From Opitutales bacterium (lineage in GTDB: Bacteria > Verrucomicrobiota > Verrucomicrobiia > Opitutales > JABSRG01): a stretch of 43,293 bases of DNA. How positions within the stretch are numbered: position 1 is the stretch's first letter; each line of letters starts with the position of its first letter. Under the pieces are notes generated by a model that saw nothing but the letters and a program-made list of their open reading frames with translations, had not been told where the DNA came from and did not search any database. This document shows, piece after piece, positions 35,741 through 43,293 of this stretch. Both the position numbers and the translations under genes were made by a program. The stretch lies in contig JBMYOQ010000035.1 of NCBI GenBank assembly GCA_049599475.1, forward strand, positions 1 through 43,293, read 5' to 3'.

Positions 35741-36928
35741 ATGAAAGCGCAAGCAAAAGATCCGCTCAAGAACCCCCTGGGACTGTATATTCACGTCCCC
35801 TTTTGCGCCACCACCTGCGATTTTTGCGCCTTCTACCAAAAACGCCCCGAGCGTGGCGACATGGATGCCTACATCAGCGGCATCGAAAGCGAGCTCGATT
35901 CTTATGACCCAGAGGTCCTCTCTGCTGTGAAGACAGTCTTTTGGGGCGGCGGCACTCCAGGCCTGTTAGCCCCCCGCGATCTTGAGCGCTTGGGGAACGT
36001 GATGCTGGAGAAAATAGGGAATGCGTGGAGCGAGTGGTCGATCGAAATGGCCCCCATCACCGTGCATCCAGACCGTGTCCGTGTCTTGAAAGACCTGGGG
36101 GCAAACCGGATTTCGATGGGTGTTCAGAGCTTCGACGACGACCTACTGGATGCTCTAGGCCGCACCCATCCCAGAAAGAAAATATTCCAAGCCTGGGACA
36201 TTTTTCAAAAGGCTGGTTTTGAAAACATCAACCTAGACCTCATCTTCGCGGTGCCGGGCCAAAGCGACGCCGCCCTGGTATCAGACCTGCAGGAGGCCAT
36301 CGCCCTGGGCCCCAAACACATTTCCACCTATTGTCTAACCTTCGAAGAAGACACCAAGCTCTGGGTGAAGCTCAGCAAAGGCGAAATTAAACGCGACCCC
36401 AATGCAGAGGAGCGCCATTACCGCCTAGCGTGGGATACATTGGATGCAGCCGGCTACCCGCAATACGAGATTTCAAATTTTGCCCGACCAGGATTCGCCT
36501 GTCAGCACAACATCCACACCTGGCGCATGCACGATTGGATCGGTGTGGGCCCCTCGGCCTCATCGCAATATCATGGCCAGCGCTTCACCAATCCAAGCTC
36601 CTTACAGGAATGGCGAACGGGCATTGAAAGCGGTAACTTAGACACGATCCGCATCGATCAGGTCTCACTCGACGAAGCAATCCTGACTGCGGACCGCCTG
36701 GGCTTTGGACTTCGGATGAACGAGGGTATCCCCTTTAATACGCCGATTTCCCCGGGGCTCGATACGCCCCTAGCCCAACATCCTATTTGGCACTGGCTGC
36801 TAAACTTGGTCGAAAACGGCTTAGCGGAAATATCAGATGAAAGGCTGCGCCTGACCCTGGACGGCCGGCTCGTCGCAGATGCCATTGCGCGGGAGATTCT
36901 TGAGCGCTTCGAGCCGGTGGAGGTGTGA
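35741..36928 (+). CDS. hemW: Radical SAM heme chaperone (HemN-like)
   Basis: LYIHVPFCATTCDFCAF, GGGTP, RISMGVQSF, QYEISNF and HNIHTW. Start trimmed to ATG 35741. Confidence 0.9.
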   Translation: MKAQAKDPLKNPLGLYIHVPFCATTCDFCAFYQKRPERGDMDAYISGIESELDSYDPEVLSAVKTVFWGGGTPGLLAPRDLERLGNVMLEKIGNAWSEWSIEMAPITVHPDRVRVLKDLGANRISMGVQSFDDDLLDALGRTHPRKKIFQAWDIFQKAGFENINLDLIFAVPGQSDAALVSDLQEAIALGPKHISTYCLTFEEDTKLWVKLSKGEIKRDPNAEERHYRLAWDTLDAAGYPQYEISNFARPGFACQHNIHTWRMHDWIGVGPSASSQYHGQRFTNPSSLQEWRTGIESGNLDTIRIDQVSLDEAILTADRLGFGLRMNEGIPFNTPISPGLDTPLAQHPIWHWLLNLVENGLAEISDERLRLTLDGRLVADAIAREILERFEPVEV

Positions 36929-36963
36929 GCCAAGTCGCATGACATGGGAAAATGAAATTATTG

Positions 36964-37200
36964 CTCACGCGAAGACGCGAAGCGTAAATTGTGCAGGCTT
37001 TTCCGACTGTTAGCAGAGCGTCGTGCAGATAGCGACAGTTAACCGCAACCAATATGACTTGGCTTTAGTCAACTAAGCTAAAGATCATCACGCCCGCTGG
37101 CGCTCAAGCCCCAAAGACCCCAAGGAAAACAGCCTCATCTCTCACTGCAGTCAATCACTTTACAGCATTTACGCTTCGCGTCTTCGCGGCTTCGCGTGAG
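36964..37200. mobile_element. MITE-like element with inverted CTCACGCGAAG...CGTAAAT ends
   Basis: The left arm (36964-36989) and right arm (37167-37200) differ by one 8-mer unit. A related internal arm lies at 37088-37124. Confidence 0.7.
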
Positions 37201-37268
37201 GCATTTAAAGCGTCCTAAGTTTCCTACAGGGAACGGCTTTGCGGATCCGCTACAGTTGCTTCGGAGCC

Positions 37269-38231
37269 CTACTTCTCGGCTTTCACCAAAGCCGCGGCGC
37301 CCAGCAAGGCGGCGTCGCCCATGGGGAGGGCGGAGATTTCCAAGGTCGCCTTGTTCTTGTAGGGGTCGATCAAATTCGCAGCGAAGGCTTCGCGCGCGGG
37401 CTTCATGATGAGGTCGCCTGAGTTAAGTGGTCCACCAAAGAGGAAAAATTTCTCGGGGCTCGTGGTCAGCGCGTATGATGCGAGGGCCTTGCCCAGGAGA
37501 TCTCCGGTAAACTCGAACGTCTCGGTGGCAGTAAAATCCCCCTCGGCGGCGGCATTGGCGATCGCCTTTGACGTGATTTTTCCTACCGGAATATCGTCCA
37601 AGAGGGTCGGCTTATTGTGGAGCGCGATCATCTCAAAGAAGGTGCGCACTATCCCTGTAGCCGAACAGTAGGTCTCGAGGCTACCACGGCGCCCGTAGCC
37701 GCAATAGCGACCGCCAGGAACTACAGTGACATGGCCTAGCTCACCCGCGAATCCGTCGTGGCCGTAGACCAATTTACCATTTACAAAATAGCCACTTCCC
37801 AGGCCCGTGCCCAAGGTGATCATGATAAAATCGTTCACATCCTTGGCCGCACCATAGAACTTTTCTCCGAGCGCAGCGGCATTCGCGTCATTTGTGATGG
37901 CGATGAAGGGCAAATCAATACGCTCACTGAGCAAATTTACCATGGGTGTGATGCCCTTAAAGTTCAGATTGGGTGGAGCTTCGATAGTGCCCTTGTGGAA
38001 GTTGGCATTCGGTGCACCGATGCCCATGCCAGACCATTCAATCTCGCCCAACTCGTTCTCAGCAGTGGCCATGACCTCATGCGCACATGCGGTCAACGCA
38101 TCGGCAAAAGTGCCTGCGTCGCGATGCACAGAGGTATCAAAACTCTGGCGTGCTACCACTTTCGCATCTTCGGTCACGGCACCCACCCGGGTGTTCGTGC
38201 CGCCTATATCTACTCCGAGGGCTAACTCCAT
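37269..38231 (-). CDS. ROK family sugar kinase (glucokinase-like)
   Basis: GVDIGGTN, GIGAP, NDANAAALGE, TLGTGLGSG and AGELGH. Confidence 0.95.
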   Translation of the reverse strand: MELALGVDIGGTNTRVGAVTEDAKVVARQSFDTSVHRDAGTFADALTACAHEVMATAENELGEIEWSGMGIGAPNANFHKGTIEAPPNLNFKGITPMVNLLSERIDLPFIAITNDANAAALGEKFYGAAKDVNDFIMITLGTGLGSGYFVNGKLVYGHDGFAGELGHVTVVPGGRYCGYGRRGSLETYCSATGIVRTFFEMIALHNKPTLLDDIPVGKITSKAIANAAAEGDFTATETFEFTGDLLGKALASYALTTSPEKFFLFGGPLNSGDLIMKPAREAFAANLIDPYKNKATLEISALPMGDAALLGAAALVKAEK

Positions 38232-38361
38232 GGTTTGGGTCTAATCTTGGACATCCGTGAATAGCAACAAAAACCTATCTAAAATCAGGTCACTCTGGGC
38301 TTAGACCCAGGGAATTGCCACTACTCCTTGCAGCAACGGTCAAGATGCCTTTATTGGGAGG

Positions 38362-38997
38362 ATGCAGGAATATACTCATATTCTTTGGGATTGGAACGGG
38401 ACTCTCTTGGACGACTCGCGCATTTGTGTGGACATCTTGAACACGGTTTTAGCGACACAGGAGATGGATCCGATCGCGCTCGAGACCTATCGCGAGATTT
38501 TCGAATTCCCGGTACATCGCTTTTATCGGAATCTTTCGAGCACGCTGGACGAGACGACACTCAAGGCGATGAGCAGCCAATTCGTGCATTCATATGAGAA
38601 GGTGTGGCGAGACTGTAAGTTGCACGGCGACGCCCTAGAGACTTTGTATCATTTTCAAAACTCCTCCGTTCGGCAGATCGTACTCTCAGCGAGTAATCAA
38701 GAAACGCTCGATGCCTGTTTAAATTATTTCGAGCTAAGTTCACTCTTCGAGAAAGTAATCGGTCAAGACAACTGCCATGCTCATGGGAAACTTGGAACTG
38801 CGCGCGAATGGTTGAGCGCAAGCGGTATCGAGCCCGCAAAAGTGCTCCTCGTCGGTGACACCTTACACGACCTAGAAATTGCCCAAGAGCTCGGCTTCGA
38901 TTGCGCCCTCTTCAGCCAAGGGCACAATTCCGAAGCGCGCCTCAAAGACGCCCACCCCTGGGTGATCGCCAGTCTCGGGCAGCTGAAAGCGGGGTAA
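38362..38997 (+). CDS. HAD family hydrolase (phosphoglycolate phosphatase-like)
   Basis: WDWNGTLLD motif I variant, VLSAS, GK and VGDTLHD. Confidence 0.92.
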   Translation: MQEYTHILWDWNGTLLDDSRICVDILNTVLATQEMDPIALETYREIFEFPVHRFYRNLSSTLDETTLKAMSSQFVHSYEKVWRDCKLHGDALETLYHFQNSSVRQIVLSASNQETLDACLNYFELSSLFEKVIGQDNCHAHGKLGTAREWLSASGIEPAKVLLVGDTLHDLEIAQELGFDCALFSQGHNSEARLKDAHPWVIASLGQLKAG

Positions 38998-38998
38998 A

Positions 38999-39128
38999 AA
39001 ATCTCAAATTTCAAATCCCAAAAGTTTGCGAATGACGGCCCACCCAGAGTGTTTACTTATTCGAGGCACCCGCAGCTCCAAGGTAAAATTTACTGCGCTG
39101 TATTTTTTGGGATTTGAGATTTGGGATT
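38999..39128. repeat. Inverted pair of heptamer (AAATCYC) repeat arms
   Basis: AAATCTC AAATTTC AAATCCC AAAA ... TTTT GGGATTT GAGATTT GGGATT flanking ~80 bp. Confidence 0.75.
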
Positions 39129-39155
39129 AAGGACGTTCCGCCTCGCGAAACGTCA

Positions 39156-40118
39156 TCAGCCCTCGGAGTCTTCTTCTTCGGACGCTTCTTCTTCAGGCAA
39201 GTGCGAGCGCGCTGTTTGAATCAATGCCTCCAAGCGCTCTTTAAAAGCCTTCTCCTCCTCATCGAGCTCTTCTTGCTGCATGTCGCCCACGTAGGTTTCC
39301 GCCTTGTCGATGATACCTGCAAGGAGTTCTGTCTCACCCATCTTCGTGAGCTGCTCATCGAGTTCGCCTACCATATATTCGATAAGCTCTTGGGACTGTT
39401 GCTTTCGCAGATCGGCCTCGCGCTCGGCTTCTTGAATTCGCAATGTGTCCCGGAAGATGAGGGCTGCGAAGACAAAGCAAACCACCGCGCCAACTCCGAT
39501 CAAAGTCCAGAAGATGCGCAGAATGCGTTCGTTACGCCTGCGAATTTCTTCGGCATAAGTCCGGCCAGCTATGACGAAACGAGATATGACTTCGGTCGGT
39601 CTCGGAAAATTAGCCTTCGCCCGGCGCAACCATGCCTCCGCATCCGAAAGAGCTTGCCCGCGTAACAAATGGTCAGGCCGCTCCGCACGAGAAAACCAAG
39701 TATCGGCGAGTTTCTCATATTTACGGAACTGCTCCAGGTGTTCAAAATCCGTTTTAAGAGCCCGCACTAAGCGTTCCATGCGCTCTGAACGTACGCTGTG
39801 GTCCCACAACTCAATCCATTGTATCGAATTTATCGATTCAGGAATCGCCGCAAAATCAATAGTCTCATCTATGACGACAGGAGATAGGCGAACCTTTTTT
39901 TCGACAGCGCTTTTCAATCCTTCCAAGAAAGCCTCATCCTTTAGAGACGCGATAGAGAGTATTCCAATTACGACATCCAGCTCCGCGAGGGCCTCGGGTT
40001 CTGTAATATCAGGAAAGCACAACTCTAAATCTTGATCGGACCTCAAGCGGTCGACCAAAAAGCAGTATTTCTCTTCATCCTCAGATACGGCTAAAAGGCC
40101 TGCTTTGATTTTACTCAT
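39156..40118 (-). CDS. Single-pass membrane protein with a degenerate TIR-like domain and a short acidic ectodomain
   Basis: TIR-like core DVVIGILSIASLKDEAFLEGLKSAVEKKVRLSPVVI...IPESINSIQWI; linker W...DHLLRGQALSDAEAW; TM ILRIFWTLIGVGAVVCFVFAALIF. Confidence 0.78.
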   Translation of the reverse strand: MSKIKAGLLAVSEDEEKYCFLVDRLRSDQDLELCFPDITEPEALAELDVVIGILSIASLKDEAFLEGLKSAVEKKVRLSPVVIDETIDFAAIPESINSIQWIELWDHSVRSERMERLVRALKTDFEHLEQFRKYEKLADTWFSRAERPDHLLRGQALSDAEAWLRRAKANFPRPTEVISRFVIAGRTYAEEIRRRNERILRIFWTLIGVGAVVCFVFAALIFRDTLRIQEAEREADLRKQQSQELIEYMVGELDEQLTKMGETELLAGIIDKAETYVGDMQQEELDEEEKAFKERLEALIQTARSHLPEEEASEEEDSEG

Positions 40119-42264
40119 ATTGAAAGAGGTTGGATTCTAATACGCTAAGGAAGGGATCAAAGCAGTCTTGAGTATCTAGGAATTCGCGAACTTCCAAGTG
40201 CAAATCAGTCGCCCGTCCCAGGATCTCACCTGATCGCACAAATGCACTCAAGGGCCGCGACAGCATTGGGTGGAATGTATCCTCGAGAACAAGCTCTCTT
40301 AATGAACCCGCAGCATGCTCACGTAAGAGCTCATCTCCCGCTCGGTGCGCGTACAAAAAGACCATAAACTTAGCCCGCGCATATTCACTTTTACTACTAA
40401 ATCTCAAAGATCCTTTCTTAGACTCCTCTTGAAATAATTGGTATAACTTCTCGTACTCTTTCCTAGGCGATTCATTATTCGCTATCCGCAAAATAATTCC
40501 CGCCACCCAGTACTTAAGGGCAATCGAATTTTCGGACCGAGCCATGTAGAGGCCTTCGTTATATATCTCGTCTATCCGCGCCTTCATGGGTGCCAACGCA
40601 CCTGCCCGACCATTTATTGAAGCAAGAATCATCTGGCCGACCAAATTATTCCCGAGAAACGTTGCTTCACGATAGGTCGAGGGGTCAAAACTCTCCAATT
40701 CCCTCAATGCCTGATAACACCGCTTTAATAAATTTTCTGCTTCCTCCAAACGTCCGGCTCCTAAATACGAAAGCGCCAAGCGTTGGTTCAGAATAGCAAC
40801 CATCCGATCGAAACCATAATCGGAGGTGTTCCAATCGAATCGATAGGGTCGATTTCTTTCTTCTGTGACAGAGTAATCTCCCTCTAGGATATCGTGTTTG
40901 GCAATTATACTTAGGGCGAAAAGGATCTGCGATTGTTCATCAATATCTGGGTCATCGAGGCTCGCGTAATACTCCTCCAATTCCTTAAAATATTGGACAG
41001 CTACACTCCGTTGCCCATCCTCCAAGTAATACCAAAGCAAATTATAGACTGCGTTGAAGTAGGTATGTTTCCACTGGTCTGAAATTTCACGATGCTTTTT
41101 GCAAATCTCATAGATCTCTAAGAGTTCGCCTCCGCCAGCATAGGGCCCCTCAAGGTGAACCTTCGCCTGGGCCACCCAAAACAAGGTCGCAGTCAAACTT
41201 AACTGATATACATCACCCTCGGGATAACGCTCAATTGCCATATCATCAATCAAGCGACATTTCTCGAGGATACCTAGCGCATCTTCTGGCTTACCGTATG
41301 CAAGGTTTACATCAGCAATCAAATGCCCCATGCGGGCATAATGTAAGTAATCATCACCAACAAAGTGATCGATAGAAACATTTTCGAAATACTGTACTAT
41401 TGGTTCGAGCGAATAAGATAATTGCTCAACCCTCCCGGTCTGTCGGAGTTTTTCAAATGCATCAATCAACAGGTAATCAACCAAGCCTTGCGCTTGCTCT
41501 TTACGCATATCAGCTTCAGCAAGAGAATCGTCGTATTGATTATTAAAATACACGGATAGCCCAAAAAGTCCCAGAGTCAAAACAAACAAACTGACATACA
41601 GAATCCTTCGGCGTGCACGACTCTCTTGTTGGCGTTCTCGCTGTTGCGCTTCGTGATCCTCGGATGCCTGCAGATAGGCCCGCGCAATAGGAAAACCAGT
41701 CTGGTTCAATCGCTCTGCCGCCTCGATGATGCGCTGCCCGCCCCGCAAGGCCTCTCCTTGGTATAAGTGGTCGACGGATTGATGGTGTTCCTCCCACCGT
41801 ATCGCCGAGAGATGTATGGAATGCAGCTCATTCAAGAACACCTTCTCTGAGGACAACTTGTTGGATATACGGCGAGCAAGGCTGTTAATGTCCGGACGCA
41901 ATACCCATCGATCGACAGCGAAAGAGCTCAAAATCGGCGACAAGGCTGTGGCTGGCATGTCCTCTGGTTCAATCACCCAGATGGTCAGCTGGTGCTCAAC
42001 CGCGGAACCAAGTTCAAAACGACACATCTCTGAACTTCCCGCATTCTCTGTATGCAGAAATAGAAACACTGGATGCTCGATGAGTGCTTTTTCAATAACA
42101 GCTCGCCACTCCTGCGTCGGCTCAATGCTCTCCATATCCATCCAGATATTGAATCCACGCCCAAGTAAGGACTCACGCAAACCCTCGGCTATTTTCAAAT
42201 CTTTGCGCGAATAGGATAAGAAAATACCAGGAAGTGAAGGATCATGTTGAACGCCAACCGACAT
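40111..42264 (-). CDS. TIR domain - TM - TPR-like helical ectodomain protein
   Basis: IFLSYSRKD, IWMD, W...IEKAL and SSEMCRFEL; TM ILYVSLFVLTLGLFGLSVYF; TPR-like helices such as LALSYLGAGRLEEAENLLKRC. Start is ATG 42264 or TTG 42285. Confidence 0.9.
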   Translation of the reverse strand: MSVGVQHDPSLPGIFLSYSRKDLKIAEGLRESLLGRGFNIWMDMESIEPTQEWRAVIEKALIEHPVFLFLHTENAGSSEMCRFELGSAVEHQLTIWVIEPEDMPATALSPILSSFAVDRWVLRPDINSLARRISNKLSSEKVFLNELHSIHLSAIRWEEHHQSVDHLYQGEALRGGQRIIEAAERLNQTGFPIARAYLQASEDHEAQQRERQQESRARRRILYVSLFVLTLGLFGLSVYFNNQYDDSLAEADMRKEQAQGLVDYLLIDAFEKLRQTGRVEQLSYSLEPIVQYFENVSIDHFVGDDYLHYARMGHLIADVNLAYGKPEDALGILEKCRLIDDMAIERYPEGDVYQLSLTATLFWVAQAKVHLEGPYAGGGELLEIYEICKKHREISDQWKHTYFNAVYNLLWYYLEDGQRSVAVQYFKELEEYYASLDDPDIDEQSQILFALSIIAKHDILEGDYSVTEERNRPYRFDWNTSDYGFDRMVAILNQRLALSYLGAGRLEEAENLLKRCYQALRELESFDPSTYREATFLGNNLVGQMILASINGRAGALAPMKARIDEIYNEGLYMARSENSIALKYWVAGIILRIANNESPRKEYEKLYQLFQEESKKGSLRFSSKSEYARAKFMVFLYAHRAGDELLREHAAGSLRELVLEDTFHPMLSRPLSAFVRSGEILGRATDLHLEVREFLDTQDCFDPFLSVLESNLFQYE

Positions 42265-42756
42265 ACCCTCAACACACCAAGCCAAACCTCGCCTACAGCA
42301 AATTTAAAAAACCTTATATAATGCCTTTTTCATCAAAAACACACGAATACTGACTCTGAATCCACGAAGAGTGCACTTAATAATAATTCAGTATCAATTA
42401 CACACCACTCAGCGGTGATGTTTCAACTGAGCCGATCGCCGCGGATGCTGGTTTTGATCCGCAGAATAAGCGGGTGGTCGCAGATTCGTGATCTGTGTTC
42501 TAACCTTGAATCAAATACTTTGAGAAATGGATACAAGCACTTCCGGTGGCAGCAAAGAGACCGGGCTCCTCGAAGAACCGGACCAATGGAAACCAATGAG
42601 CACGAACCTCTTGATCCAATTTTCTCAGCGCGCTTCAAATACTCGACTACTTTTATAAAAATTATTTGAAAAATAGCTAATTCTCTAACGTCTATAAGAA
42701 GAGCCAGCCTACGAGATTTCAGGTGGCTTAACTATAATCTCTTATCATTCTCTCAG

Positions 42757-43197
42757 ATGGGCCAATTCATCCAAAACATAAAGGTATACTTCAGTGACGA
42801 TGGCACTGAACTTCATCCGACTGTAGACAACGGCTTCGCCATTCACACCGAGGCTAAGGGTAAAAACGACGCCTTTGTCCTGAACTTTCTATGGGGCGCT
42901 AACGAATCTGCATGGATGTCTCCCGCATCCACGGGAAATCTTGCAGATTACACCATATCCATCGACCCGATTGATGTAGACTACGTTTACCGCGTGGAGA
43001 ATAGCACAGGCGTTCTCTCACCAGCAGGAGGCTTGGGTGGCACTACGATCCAAGGCCCTCGAATCGTTATCCCAGGCATTCCAAGCGGATGGGACGGTAT
43101 CGATTTCGAATATATCCTCCGCATCACCGGGAATGCTAATGCTGGCAGTCGCTGGGGGATCCTTGATCCACGAGCCCGCCTGAATTGGGGTAAATAA
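42757..43197 (+). CDS. Hypothetical small beta-rich protein with a C-terminal Asp-Pro motif
   Basis: 146-aa ORF with no signal peptide and a beta-strand pattern, ending FEYILRI...ILDPRARLNWGK. Confidence 0.75.
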   Translation: MGQFIQNIKVYFSDDGTELHPTVDNGFAIHTEAKGKNDAFVLNFLWGANESAWMSPASTGNLADYTISIDPIDVDYVYRVENSTGVLSPAGGLGGTTIQGPRIVIPGIPSGWDGIDFEYILRITGNANAGSRWGILDPRARLNWGK

Positions 43198-43293
43198 TTA
43201 ATACTCGAGTTAAAAACAGGACACCTCTCGCATCCGGGTACTAGGGGCTGTCTTCAAATAAATCGATAAAAGCCTTGTACTATTATGGCATGG

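Noticed and set aside
39156..42285. TIR genes as Thoeris, CBASS or Avs
   Set aside because: No SIR2/Macro ThsA, nucleotide cyclase or P-loop NTPase motif was seen in or near these genes.
42400..42669. 84-aa and 71-aa ORFs, plus a short frame reading IAADAGFDPQN that resembles a DDE transposase fragment
   Set aside because: Too short and interrupted by stops to support a gene, pseudogene or ncRNA call; a translated search would be needed.

Overview
A 43.3-kb bacterial chromosomal segment, probably Verrucomicrobiota (Opitutia-like). This is inferred from RNase HIII, a secreted protein ending in a 'DSDGLSNLWE...FFRLRVEQP' tail, and S9 peptidase/Sel1 content; it was not tested. From left to right: (1) a minus-strand fasciclin - outer-membrane beta-barrel - response regulator unit with a TTCAC-N6-TTCAC box upstream and a regulator that breaks off at the window edge; (2) an apparently dead S9 peptidase-like gene, a thioesterase, an intact S9 peptidase and a large Sel1-repeat protein; (3) a ~3570-aa filamentous-haemagglutinin-like TpsA built of five nested repeats; (4) housekeeping genes (pdxJ, rnhB, rnhC, mutY, dprA, murA, ruvB, hemW, ROK kinase, HAD hydrolase) interrupted by a toxin-antitoxin pair with a fused Phd+VapB antitoxin, a Gly-rich LamG surface protein and several families of inverted mini-repeats; (5) at the right end, the best candidate for a new system. 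This is a coupled pair of Toll-like single-pass TIR proteins, one with the catalytic Glu and a long TPR-like ectodomain and one pseudo-TIR with a short ectodomain, lying divergent from a small beta-rich protein with a C-terminal Asp-Pro motif. No rRNA, tRNA, CRISPR array or intact transposase was seen. All calls are by-eye motif recognition; no searches were run.
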